Assembly (NCBI RefSeq): GCF_963921235.1
Contig: NC_086108.1
Coordinates: forward strand, 81,036,001 to 81,100,000
Reading direction: 5' to 3'
Length of the DNA: 64,000 nucleotides
Source: Mobula hypostoma
Taxonomy: Eukaryota
A model generated the notes under the pieces. It was not told the origin of the DNA. It saw only the letters and a list, made by a program, of their open reading frames with translations, and did no database searches. Position numbers and translations under genes: made by a program. Positions within the stretch are counted from its first letter, which is position 1, and every line of letters begins with the position of its first letter. Shown here piece after piece: positions 1 through 12,779 of this stretch.

Positions 1-549
1 CAACTGCAGCTACTTTAACCAGGCTGCTCTGACAGTACCCAAGAAGCCCATAAATCACTACCATCAAGAATAAGAAAATCGTATGCTGACTTGGAGATCC
101 AACATTGGTCTTTGATGTCACCAAGTCCAAATCCTGGAACATCCTTCCTTCCCAAAAACAGAGTGTAGTTCACCAGGGCTACAAGGTCAATTAGCATAAG
201 CAATAAATGGCAACTTTGCCAGCATGCCCAGATCCTAGAAAGTGAATAAAATTCTTCTTTTTTTAAAAAAAGTACTTCAAAAAGCCTAAACAGCATTTAT
301 CCCAGAGTAGGCATAGGAATAATTCTAAAATTGCAACATTATACATAAATCTCAGTCTAAGGTATACATTCCATGTAATTTCTTTAAATGCTAATTATAG
401 AGTAATTGAATTCAGCCATTTTAATTATTGAAATGCAATAAAGTTTATGTAAAAGATTTAAGTTCTTCAAAAATTAATTTACTTGCAATTTAAGTTGAAC
501 ATTGGTTATTTGTAATATACAGGATAAATAATCCAGATGAAAAAGTAGG

Positions 550-1275
550 TTCAAAGATCAAAACCTCAAAGTGAACTTATTATCAAAGTATGTATGTGTC
601 ACTATGTAGTACCCTGAGATGTATTTTTTTGCAGGCATTCACAGTGGAACAAAGAAATACAATGGAATCAATGAAAAACTACACACAACGACTGACAAAC
701 GACTGATACGCAAAAGGTGGTAAACCACGCAAGCACAAAAAAGTAAATAAATGATACTGAGAACACGAGTCGTAGAGCACTTGAAAGCGAGTCCATTAGT
801 TATGGAATCAGTTCAAAGTTGAGGTTGTTCACGCTAGTTGAAGAGTAATAACTAACCTGGTGGTGTGAGATCAAAGACTCCTGTACCTGCTGTCTGATGG
901 CAGCAGCCAGAAGACAGTATGGCCTGGATAGGGGTGGGGATGCTGCTTTCTTGTGGCAGTGCTCCTTGGCAAAGAGGGCTTTGCCTGTGATGGACTGGGC
1001 TATATCCACCACTTTTTGTAGGCTTTTCTGTTACGTTTTACAAACAGACTGGATACTCTCCAGCATGAACCTATAGAAGTTTATCAAAGCTTTAGATGAC
1101 ATGCTGAATCTGCTCAAACTTCTAATTAAGTAGAGGCACTGTTGTGCTTTCTTTGTAATGGCATTTATATGCTGGTCCCGAGACAGATCCTCTGATATAG
1201 CGCCAAGGAGTTTAAAGTTACTGACCCTCTCCACCTTCAATCCATAATGAGGACTGGCTCATGGATCTCCAGTTT
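550..1275 (-). mobile_element. Rex1/Babar-clade LINE 3' fragment
   Basis: ORFs 1031..1240 (VERVSNFKLLG..ITKKAQQCLYLIRSL) and 800..1012 match the RT C-terminus repeated many times in this window; 3' UTR at left. Confidence 0.8.
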
Positions 1276-1289
1276 CTGCTCATTCTTCC

Positions 1290-1815
1290 CCTTTGGAATG
1301 CTGTGGACCGGGTCCGAGACACCCCCGACCCTGGCACCTGGGAGGGAACATATCATCTGGATGTCTCATGTCCACAAAATCTCCGTCAGTTCCTGGAACT
1401 ATGGAATTCCCCATCACTACTGCCCTCCCCTTCTAAGCCACAGAACCTGACTCAGTGTCAGAGAACTGACCGTTATGGCTTTCTTCTGTTACAGTGTCCA
1501 AAGCGATAGGTGGTCTTGAGGTGAATGGCCACAGAGGTACTTTGCACTGGTTGCCTATCCCTTTTACCCCTCCTGAGAGTCACCCAGTTACTTGTGTCCT
1601 GCACCTTGAGTGTAACTACCCCTCCGTTGATGGGCAATCCCTCTGCTTCCTGAATAATCCAGGAGTTCATACAGCTTGAGCTCCAGTTCCTTAATATTGT
1701 CTGAAAGAAGCTGCAGCTGGATGCACTTCTTGCAGTTGTATTCATCAGGGACACCGGAAGTTGTCCCAGCCTTCCCACATCCCGCAAGAGGAATATTCCA
1801 CTATCCTGCCTGGCA
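1290..1815 (-). mobile_element. CR1 LINE ORF1 5' fragment
   Basis: ORF 1473..1787 (VVTLKVQDTSNWVTLRRGKRDRQPVQST) is homologous to the CR1 ORF1 copy at 61190-61950. Confidence 0.7.
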
Positions 1816-3339
1816 TCTCTACTGCTTTAACTGTGCGATAAGAAAGAAATACAGAAAAATTTTTTTAAAAATCACCTACAGCCTTTGCTCCTTCTCATTG
1901 AAGCCTCTATGAGCCAAAGCCTGAACTCCTTACTCTAACATGGCCCACTCACATAATGGCAGCTCCGTTTAAACCCAATTTTTTTTATTATTGGTCCTTG
2001 CCAAGTGTCTAATTATATGCAATCTAACATCTCCTCAGGAACTGTGGCATGCAGAAGTTCAACAATACACTGCTCGTTTCCTACTGGCATTTCACATATT
2101 ATGTAAATAAAGCTTACTATGATGACAGCATTAATTTTAAAAAAATTGACAATTCCTTAGTTTAGGAATTGTACAATACATACTTATGTTTAATACCACA
2201 AAATCAATGTACACATGTTTGAGATCAATCATTCCAAGCATCACTTCAAGTGATAATGTACTTGCATTTTATATGCACAAATATTGTACCTGCAATACAC
2301 AAGCACACAGTCTTATCAATTATATACTAACAAAAGCTACTTTGCCATCTATGCACATCCAGGAAAACATGGCTGATGTGACCTACTGATTTGAGACACT
2401 CAGTACACTTCAATTCACAGAATATGTTAAAGTTAAAAGTACTTTAACTTCAAAATACCATTGAAGTGAATGCTGGAAGAACACTGTTTATAACCAGATT
2501 TGTGACTTCTCACATTCTGTGTAGCGTCTCCATTTCTCACAAAAATTAGTCACATTCAGCTTAATTACAAAATGATGGATGGGAAAGGCAGATTGGTCAC
2601 GCTGCCCACATAACACTTAGACCATCAGCAGGAAGATATTGTGACATCATAAAACAGCTCAACTACCATTTGTGGTTAAAATCTTAAAAATATATATGCC
2701 TAAACAGTGTGAACAGCTCACCACACGCATTTCAGCTTCTAATTGTTTTAGACTGATGATGATGTGAATATGAGTTCAAAGCTTATCATGGTGGGGGGCG
2801 GGCACATGTAAATTTAAATCCATGAAATCACACAGTGTAAAAACCTATTTGGTTCATTAAAATCCTCTGGAGAAATCAGCTTTCCTTGTCTTACCTGGCC
2901 TACAAGAGACGGAACCAACAATAATTTACGTGACCTTTCATAACCCACTGAAATAGTCTAGCAAGTATTTACCATTTCTACCCTTGGAAAATGATTCTGA
3001 CTATTTATGCCTCTCAGTTTTAAGACACAAGACATAGGAGCAGAATTAGGTCATTCAGCCTATCGAATCTGCTCCCCTATTCCATCATAGCTGATTTCAA
3101 AGTAAATTTATTATCAAAGTACATATATGCCACCATATACTTCAAATCCAAGAAACAATATTATCAGTGAAAGACTGCACTCACTGGGCATTCAACCAGT
3201 ATGCAGAAGACAACAAGCTGTGCAAATACAAAAAGAGGGCATGGATAATCGACGTTGCTTTCCTGTGACAGCGCTCCATGTAGATGTGCTCAATGGTGGG
3301 GAGGGCTTCACTGGGCCTTATCCACTACTTTTTAAGAAC

Positions 3340-5560
3340 ATAATCACATAAGAAATAGGAGCAGGAGTCGGCCATCTGGCTGTCAAGCCTGCTCCACCAT
3401 TCAATAAGATCATGGTTGATCTGGCCATGGACTCACCTCCACCTACCTGCCTTTTCCCCATAACCCCTAATTCCCCAACTATGCAAAACTCTATCTGACC
3501 TTGTCTTAAATATATCTACTGAGGTAGCCTCCACTGCTTCATTGGGCAGAGAATTCCACAGATTCTCCACTCTCTGGGAAAAGCAGTTCCTCCTCATCTC
3601 CATCCTAAGTCTACTCCCCAGAATTTTATATTTTTCTATAAGATCTCCTCTCATTCTTCTGAATTCCAGCAAATACCATCCTAGGCAACTCAATCTCTCC
3701 TCAGAATCTAACCCCCTCATCTCTGGAATCAACCTGGTGAACCTCCTCTGCACCGCCTCCAAAGCCAGTATACCCTTCAAATAAGGAGACCAAAACTGCA
3801 TGCAGTACTCCAGGTGTGGCCTCCCCAGTACCCCGTACAGTTGCAGCATAACCTCCCTGCTCTTAAATTTAATCCCTCTAGCAATGAAGGTCAACATTCT
3901 ATTTGTCTTTTTGATAGCTTGCTGCACTAACAAGCCAACCTTTCGTGATTCATGCACAAGCACTTCCAAGTCCCTCTGCACAGCAGCATGCTGCAATTTT
4001 TTACCAGTTAAATAATAATCTACTCTTCCATTTTTCCTTCCAAAGTAGATGACCTCGCATTTACCAACACTGTACTCCATCTGCCAGACCCTTGCCCACT
4101 CACTTAATCTATCTATATCCCTCTGCAGACTCTCCATTGTTTCTGCACAATTTGCTTTTCCATTCAATTTAGTATCATCAGCAAACTTAAATACACTACA
4201 CTTGGTCTCCTCTTCCAGATCACGAATGTGAACAGATATCGTGAACAGTTATGGGCCCAGCGCCGACCCCTGCGGCCCACTGCTCACCACAGATTGCCAA
4301 CCAGAGTAACACCCGTGTATCCCAACTCTGTTTTCTATTAGTTAACCAATCTTCTATCCATGCTAATGCATCCTTATCTTATGGACAAGTCTTTTCTGCG
4401 GCACCTTATCAAACATCTTCTGGAAATCCAAGTATATAACGTCCATCTGTTCCTCTCTATCCACTGTGCTCGTTATATCCTCAAAGAACTCCAGTAAGTT
4501 TGTCAACAGGACCTGCCATTGCTGAATCCATGCTGTGTCTGCCTAATGGATCCGTATCTTTCCAGATGCCTCGCTATTTCTTCTTTAATGATAGCTTCAA
4601 GCATTTATCCAACTACAGATGTTAAACTAACTGGCCTATAGTTACCTACTTTTTGCTTACATCCTTTTTCTGAATAGCAGTGAGACATTTTCCATCTTCC
4701 AATCCGTTGGGACCTGCCTAGAGTCCAGAGAATTCTGGTAAATTATCACCAAAGCTCTACTATAATTTTTGCCATTCCTTTCAGTACCCTGGGATGCATT
4801 CCATCAGGACCAGGGGACTTGACTTTCTTTAGGTCCATGAGTTTGCTCAGCACTACCTCTTCAGTGATAGCTATTGTATCGAGGTTCTCACCTCCCGTCA
4901 CATCCATAACATCTCTCTTTGGCATGTTAGATGTGTCCTCCACCATAAAGACAGACATAAAATAGTCATTCAAAGCCTTTGCCACTTCCTTGTTATTCAA
5001 TATTAATTCCCCCTTCTCATCCTCTAAGGGACCTACGTTCACTTTAGCCACCCTGTTCTGCTTTATATAATTATAGAAACTTTCACTATCCATTTTTATG
5101 TTTTGTGCTGGTTTATTTTCACAATCTACCTTCCCTTTCTTTATTGCTCGCTTTGTGGTTCTTTGTTGCTTTTTAAAGTTTTCCCAGTCTTCCAGTTTCC
5201 CACTACTCTTGGTGATTTTGTATGCACAAGCTTTTAGTTTGATGGTCTTTTATTTCCTTAGTTATCCAAGGCTGGCTTTCCCCACCCTTATTGTCCTTGC
5301 TTTTAACTGCAATACACTTTCATTGAGCACAGTGAAAATCTCTTTGAAAGTCTGCCACTGTTCCACCAAATAGCCTGTGTTCCCAGTCTACACTAGGTAA
5401 AGTCTCCCTCATCCTGTTGTAGTCTCCATTGTTTTGGCATAATACATTGGTTATAGATCGAACTGTTGCACTCTACATTTGTATGAGAAACTCAATCATA
5501 CTGTGATCACTCTTTTGAAGAGGATCCCCAACTACAAGATCACTAATTTTACCTGTCTCA
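3340..5560 (-). mobile_element. CR1 LINE ORF2 (RT) with 3' tail, degenerate
   Basis: ORFs 3433..4167 (LQRDIDRLSEWARVWQMEYSVGKC..RPHLEYCMQFWSPY) and 4746..5093 (KSPGPDGMHPRVLK) carry CR1 ORF2 motifs; frameshifted. Confidence 0.9.
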
Positions 5561-6292
5561 TTTTTGTAGGGGTTTCTGTTCAAGGGCATTGGTGTTTCCA
5601 TACCAGGCTGTGATGCAACTATACATGTTTGTCAAATTTTAAGATAACATGCCAAATCTTAGCGAACTTCTAAGAAAGTGGAGGTGCTGCAATGCTTTCT
5701 TTGTAATGACACTTGCATACTGGACTCAGGACAGATCCTCTGAAATTATAACACTGATGAATTTGGGGTTGCTGACCCTCTCCACTTGATCCCCAATGAG
5801 GACTGGTTGATGGACCTCCAGTTTCTTCCTCCTGAAATCAATAATCAGTTCCTTGGTCTTGCTGACATTAAGGGAGAGGTGGCTGTTGTTGTGACACCAC
5901 TCACCCTGATTTTCAATCTCCCTCTTATATGCTGATTTGGCCAACACCAATCAGTAAATTTAAATATGCCTTTGGAGATATGCCTGGCCTCAGTCACAGT
6001 ATAAAATGGGTAGAGCAAAGAGCTAATAACACAACACTGAGGTGCAGTGTGCTGAAGGAGATTGTGGAGAAGATGTTTTTGCCAATCCAAAATGACTGGG
6101 CCTGCAAGCATGGAAATCAAAGATCCAATTACACAAGGAGGAATTGAGGCCAAGGTCTGGATTAATTTTGAGGGGATGGTAAAATTGAATGCCGAGCTGG
6201 AGTCAATGAAGAGCATCCTGATGTATCCATTTTCACTGTCCAGATGTTTCAGGGTTAAGTGAAGAGCCAAAGAAATGGCATCTATCGTGGAC
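5560..6292 (-). mobile_element. Rex1/Babar LINE RT fragment
   Basis: ORF 5845..6429 includes RSTIDAISLALHLTLKHLDSENGYIRMLFIDSSSAFN, a Rex1/Babar RT signature. Confidence 0.85.
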
Positions 6293-6339
6293 CTACGTCC
6301 TTTGTCACTCCAGAGAAAACAGTCCAAGACTGGACACTC

Positions 6340-7037
6340 TCTTGGGGTCCGAGTCCATAGGACGCTCAAAGCTGCTGTGCAAGTTGACTCTGTGGTTAAG
6401 AAGGCATATGGTGCATTGGCCTTCATCAATCGTGGGATTGAGTTTAAGAGCCGAGAGGTAATGTTGCAGCTATATAGGACCCTGGTCAGACCCCACTTAG
6501 GAGTACTGTGCTCAGTTCTGGTCGCCTCTCTATAGGAAGGATGTGGAAGCCATAGAAAGGGTGCAGAGGAGATTTACAAGGATGTTGCCCAGATTGGGGA
6601 GCATGCCTTATGAAAACAGGCTGAGTGAACTCAGCCTTTTCTCCTTGGAGCGATGGAGGATGAGAGATGACCTGATAGAGATGTACAAGATGATGAGAGG
6701 GATTGATCGTGTGGATAGTCAGAGGCTTTTTCCCAGGGCTGAAATGGTTGCCACAAGAGGACACAGGTTTAAGGTGCTGGGGAGTAGGTACAGAGATGTC
6801 AGGGATAAGTTTTTTTAAAAACGCAGAGTGGTGAGTGCGTGGAATGAGTTGCCGGCAACAGTGGTGGAGGTGGATACAATAGGGTCTTTTAAGAGACTTT
6901 TAGATAGGTATATGGAGCTTAGAAAAATAGAGGTCTATGGGTAAGCCCAGTAATTTCTAAGGCAGGGACATGTTCAGCACAGCTTTGTGGGCCGAAGGGC
7001 CTGTATTGTGCAGTATGTTTTCTATGTTTCTAGGTTT
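6340..7037 (+). mobile_element. 5'-truncated CR1 LINE
   Basis: ORFs 6275..6535 and 6543..6818 (ERVQRRFTRMLP..RDDLIEMYKMM); ends in a TTCTATGT-type tail. Confidence 0.9.
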
Positions 7038-8164
7038 CTCTTTATAGCACATACCCTATAATACAAGCCACTTCTGCACTGTCAACATCCCTACTGAAAA
7101 GGGCAACCAGAATTGACGCAATACTCAAGATATGGCCTATCTGGAATTGTATAAAGTAGTGAATAATATTAACTACTTGCCAGTCCTCTGGGACCTCACC
7201 TACGGCTAGAGATCTTGGTCAAAGCCCCAGAAATCTAATTTCCTGAGACTCTGCATAATGTGGGGTAGATTCCATCAAGCCTCAGGGTTTGATTCACCTT
7301 AGAAGTTCTTTTGAGAGACCTAAAATTACTTCCTTATCTTAAAATGCCCTACCATATTAGTGCTCTCCACACTGATTTCACTATTACCCATGTCCCTCTC
7401 CTCAATAAATATCGTTAACATTCACATCTGCATCCTCAGCCTTCAAGTACATGTCCCACCTTTAACCTTGAGTGATCCCACACTGTGCCTAGTAACTCTG
7501 TTTCTATTGGTAAATGGAATGCCTTAGAATTCTCTTTATTCCTACTTGCCAAGGACCTTTCACAGTCATTCCAGGTTCTAATTCCCTCTTGCAGTTCTTT
7601 TCTAGCTTCTCTGTAATAACAGCCTCTGTTTAACTTGAGCTTCTTAAGCTTTACTGAATATCTGCTTTTTTCTTCTTGACTACATTCACCACCTTTCTTG
7701 ACAACCAGTTCCCTTTGCTGACTGGCCTTTCCTTCTTACTAGAGATGCCTGTGCAATTCCTCTTTAAATCAGATACATCTCCATCAAAGATTTGCCCAAA
7801 AACAAGAGTTCCCAATTACCTCACCCTGGTTCCTGCCTAATACTCTTGTAATTTGCCTTGATTGATTGTAATACTCTCCCACAAAGTCCATACTTATCTA
7901 TAACTATCTTAAAGCTTCTGTCACTGTTCCCTAACTGTGCTCCCACTCAAAGGTAAGTCATCTGGTTGGGCTCTTTATCTGACACCTGGTCCAATATGGC
8001 CCCTCCTTTTGTTGATCTATTTACATACAGAAACTGTAATGGATGTATCTACCAAATTCTGCCCCTTCTAAAATTGCACCAAGAACCTCCCAGTCTATAT
8101 TAGTGAAGTTAAAATCACCCATGACAATCACATTATTTTTAACACCTTTCTTAATTTTACTGCT

Positions 8165-8938
8165 CTACACACTCTACGCCCTTGAGTGTGTAGCTATGCA
8201 CGGCTCAAATGCCATCTATAAACTTGCCAATGGCACAACTGTTGTTGGCAGGCATACAGGAGTGAGATCAGCCTTTTGAGTGGTATCTCAACAACCTTAC
8301 ATTCAACCTTAATAAGACCAAGGGGAAGTCAATAAACACACACCAGTGCTCATCAAGGAGTCAGGAGTGGAAAGAGTAAGCAATTTCAAGTTCCTGGATG
8401 TTAACATCTCTGAAGATCTACCCTGGGCCCAACATATTACTGCAATTATGAATAAGGCATGTCAACAGCTTTATTTCATTAGCAGTTTGAGGAGTTTTGG
8501 GAGCAAATTTCTAGCTGTACCGAGAGCATTCTAACAGGTTGTATCACCGTCCTGTATTGATGCGCCTCAGAATAATGGGCTGCAAACTCAGTGTAGCTCC
8601 ATAGTGACCACTAGCCTCTCCAGCAGAGATCTTCAAAAGGCAGCGCCTCAAAAAGGTAGCATCATTTAGGACCTCCATCCCCCAGGATGCACTCTCTTCT
8701 TATTACTACCACCAGGGAGGTACAGGAGTCTGAAGAGACACACAACATCTTAGGAACAGCTTCAGTCCCTCCGTAATCAGATTTCTGAATGGACAATGAA
8801 CCAACCCATGAACACTGCCTCTATCTTTGCACTTATTTTTTGATACACTTCTTATTGTAATTTATAGTTTTGTTATGTATTGCACTGTAATGCTGTTACA
8901 AATTTCGTGACATATGTCGGTGATATTAAATCTGATTC
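8165..8938 (+). mobile_element. Rex1/Babar LINE 3' fragment
   Basis: ECVAMHGSNAIYKLANGTTVVG and VERVSNFKFLDVNISEDL motifs; 3' end ggtgatattaaatctgattct. Confidence 0.8.
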
Positions 8939-9331
8939 TTCCTGCAAATTTGTTCCTCAAATTTGGTTATCTCAGTATAACCATTGCTCTACTAACATTA
9001 AAGTAAACACAGTTCAACCCATCTATTACTTTGATCCTGCCTGTTCCTCCTTGAAAAACATACTGGTCATATATAGTCATACTTTATTGATCCTTCTCTC
9101 AATCCCTCCACTTTCTGACATGGTGCTGTGTTTCACATCCACTTGCCAAACCATCACACCTGAGTAAGGATACTGGTTCCCTTCCAGTCAAGGTACAACC
9201 CATCCCTTTTGTACAGGTCACCTGTCCCAGGTTCCAATGATCCAAGAACGTGAAACCCTGCTCGCTGTATCAGCTCCTCAGGCATATATTCACCGGTTCT
9301 CTTTTTATTCCTGCTTCTGATTAGTATGTAG

Positions 9332-9685
9332 TGAGGAATTATATGCAGAATTAAAAGGGCTAAAACCTAACTGACTTATTGGCAGCTTGACAAGTCGTGC
9401 TGTGAGAATAATGTACGAACAAAGTAGTGTTTGTTGCATGAGAAAGCTTGTCTGTCTACCCTTATCAAAGTATGTATGTGATAATGAATGTATATCAGCA
9501 GCTCCAGACAGTATTCGGGGCTCACTTGATTGCAGATTTTCCCAGGCTCTGTGAGCAGGGACTCTGCTCAGTTGACAAAGCAATGCAAGCTTGCTAATAA
9601 ACAGCGTGTACTTTTAAGTAAATTGTGTTTGCCAATTTTTCCTGGGTCTGAACCTAAAGTCCTCTGGTAGAGAGGCAGTTCGACA
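9332..9685 (+). mobile_element. Solo LTR (ERV- or Gypsy-type)
   Basis: Begins TG and ends CA, flanked by 4-bp direct repeats GTAG (9328-9331, 9686-9689); AATAAA near 9596; interrupts a CR1 fragment that continues on both sides. Confidence 0.65.
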
Positions 9686-10350
9686 GTAGGAAAATGAGCA
9701 ATCCAGAAACTGAGAGCCTGTGTTTCAACTTCTTTCCTAATACCCTATACTCACTGCATAGGACCTCATTCCCTTTTTACCTATGTCATTAGTGCCAATG
9801 TGTACTACAACCTCCAGCTGCCCACCCCCCCCCTTCAGTCATCCAAAAATACCCCCAATGCTGGCACCTGGGAGGCAACACACCATCCTGGCTTCCCTTT
9901 TGTGGCCACACAATCTCCTGTCTGTTCTAACTACCGTGTACAGTATTACTATTGCTGTGTGTGAGTACTCTACTGGCATTGTTATTTTCATGGAAGTATG
10001 AAATATTAAGGATGGAAATAGAACTGTTTTGGAAGATGCAGGCAAAGGAGTCTCTGTTGGGTGCCATAACTATGAAGAGTCCCTTGTAGATGTGCATCTC
10101 CAACAACACTCAAAGTCCCATGACCATCCCAGAGAAAGCAGCCCATTCTACTCGCACTGCATTCAGCACATCAGCCAGGGCTGAGGCTGTCCTAAGTACA
10201 TCTACAAAATACAAAAATTATATGCAAGTTACTCATACATTTCACAAAGTCATAATGTCAACTACCATGAAGGTCAAGAGCGCTTAGCACATAGGAACAC
10301 AAGAATCAGCAGACTCCCTTTGCATAGTATATCATCCTAATTTGGAAGTA

Positions 10351-11366
10351 TAGTGGACTCCGGTTAATTGGGACACATCAGAACTAGAACATTTTGCCTC
10401 AATTAAGCAGCTCTCCTAATTAGCTGAAATATCATGGAAATAGTTAAGAAGGTATAAAGAAAGACAAGCTACTGTTTAACTGAATAACAAATTAAGCACT
10501 TAAATTAAATTCAGAACAAATTAGAACACCACCAATACTACAGGTGGTTGTCTATCTTATCTGATGACAACAGGAAACCTGCGCAGTAGAGTTTTTAAAA
10601 AGTGGAAAAGCTGTTGCACTGGGGCAGATTCACTCCCTGGACCTCGGAGGTCGGAGTCCAGTGATGCGAGCAGACAACATTGGGCCTTCCTTGGTTGCAG
10701 TGGATGATTATCACTTCTGCACCTCGACATGCCCTTCGCTCTCCACAGAACATTGTAGAACCTCCTTCCTGGTTGTCAGTTCTCACTGTAGATCTTACCC
10801 ACTCAGTCCGCCAGTCTTCGCACACTGAGACAGGCATGTCATATTGCACCAGGTATGAAACCTGCTGGCTATCCTCACCTGGTTTGGCCTGATGGCCAAA
10901 GCAATATACAGAAGTATGGCCGCTGTCATTTGCAAACAGCTACTTGGAGCCATAGATGAGATCCGAGTGTCCAGTAGGGAGAAAAGGTAGCATTCAAGAT
11001 GATTGTTGATACCTTGAAATTCTTTGCAGTTATGTGGTGAAATTGTTTCATTTACATTCCTAGCCATTTCTGGTATCTCCAAGCCAGAATGCTTGAAACC
11101 GCAGTGAGCAAAACAGTTCTGAATTGTTTTACTGCTTACTTCTCACCAACCATCAGTGACAAAAATCACTGCTTTTCCACACACGCAACTGATGATATTT
11201 TAAAACTGCTTGCTCCAAGTATGATGTAGCATCTAACAGCCACACAAGTGCACACAACTGATGCTAGTTAGACCCTGTTCAAAAAGTCTCCTGCCCCAAG
11301 AGGAATAGTGTCCCAAATAATCAGCTGCCTCAATTAACTGATAACCCATTTAACAGGAATCCACTG
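10351..11366. mobile_element. Tigger/pogo-like (Tc1/mariner superfamily) MITE
   Basis: Imperfect TIRs tagtggactccggttaattggg / cccatttaacaggaatccactg, with TA on the left flank. Confidence 0.65.
10545..10980 (-). mobile_element. RTE-derived non-autonomous element nested in the MITE
   Basis: Shares blocks (ggcta.cctcacctggttt.gcc; tggccgctgtc..tgcaaaca.ctac..ggagcca) with the younger element at 27225-27800. Confidence 0.6.
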
Positions 11367-11424
11367 TCGATCATTACTTCATGGTTGCCAGGGTAAACAC
11401 TGGAACGTCCTACCTTGGCCCAAG

Positions 11425-12200
11425 TTTACAGGTAGGAGATTGAAAATCTGGCTGAGCGGTGGCATAACAACAACCTTTCACTCAATGTCAGCAAGACCAA
11501 GATGTTGATTATTGACTTCAGGAGGGGGAAACCAGAGGCCCATGAGCCAGTCCTGAGAGGATCAGAGATGGAGAGGGTCAGCAACTTTAAATTCCTTAGT
11601 GTTGTCATTTCAGAGCCAGCACGCAAGTGCGATTGCGAAGAAAATACAGCAGTCCCTCTACTTCCTATGAGGTTTGTGAAGATTCAGTATGGCATCCAAT
11701 ACTTCAATAAACTTCTAGTAATCATGGAAATTATATTGACTACTTGCATCACAGCCTAGTATGGAAATACCAATGCCCTTGAATGGAAAATCCTATAAAA
11801 AGTAGTGGATCAGTACCCAGTACATCATGGGTAAAGACTTCCCCACCATTGAGCATAGCTGCACCGAGCACTGTAGCAGGAAAGCAGCATCCATAATCAG
11901 GGAATCCACCCCCCGCCCCCACCAAGGTTACGCTCTTCACACTGCTGGTATCAGGAGGGTGGTTCAGGAGCCTCAGTTCTCACACTTCAGGTTCAGGAAC
12001 AGTTATTACTCTTCAACCATCAGGGTCTTGAACCAGAGAGGATAACTTCATTCAACTTCACTTGCCCCATCTCTGAACTGTTCCCACAACCTATGGACTC
12101 ACTTTCAAAGACTTTCCATCTCATATTCTCAATATATAATTGTTATTATTTACTCTTTCGTATTTGCACTGTATGCTATCTTTTGCACGTTGGTTGTTTG
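11425..12200 (+). mobile_element. Rex1/Babar LINE 3' fragment
   Basis: ORFs 11502..11759 (LIIDFRRGKPEAHEP..ERVSNFKFL) and 11827..12045 (RFRNSYY). Confidence 0.8.
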
Positions 12201-12779
12201 TGCGCCCACTAAAAACAGAGATAAATGATATTGTTTAAAAATTACCACCTGTCCAATCAATTGGCTCAAGATCTTCCCGACCAGCAGACTTGACAGTCCA
12301 TTTACAAACTTAACTCATTTACCCAGGTTGAATACATTTCAACTTAGTACTTAACTATATTAAGATCCAATCTTCCCAGCCTGAAAAAATAATCCGCCAA
12401 TCAATCTCACAGAAACAAAGGCTGGCATTAACCTAGCATGATGAGTTTTAAAACCTAGCGTGATCATGTTGTTTCCAGAAAGACTTAAGAATCCCCACTT
12501 AAAAACACAATTAACAGTTTTCCCATGTATTCAGGAACACAACTGTTCCTAACCTTGTGGAAGCATTCCAAAATTTTATTCTCTAACAAAACAGGGAATA
12601 TCCAAGCGATCAATTTTATATTAAAGAATGCTGACGCACATTAAGCATATTTATTCAAACTTGTATGCGTTTGCTCCCAACATTTGCAAATAATAATCGC
12701 AATGCCTGGTTTCGTTTTTTCATGAACATTTCCTAAGTTTTGTGCAGTACGGATGGAGGTCTAATAGAACAAACGCAGT

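Larger units (their letters stand above)
7040..9960 (-). mobile_element. Old, fragmented CR1 LINE interrupted by a Rex1/Babar copy and a solo LTR
   Basis: Degenerate EN/RT motifs (gttaaaatcacccatgacaat = IVMGDFN on minus) and ORF1 motif RMVCCLPGAS in ORF 9839..10045. Confidence 0.65.
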
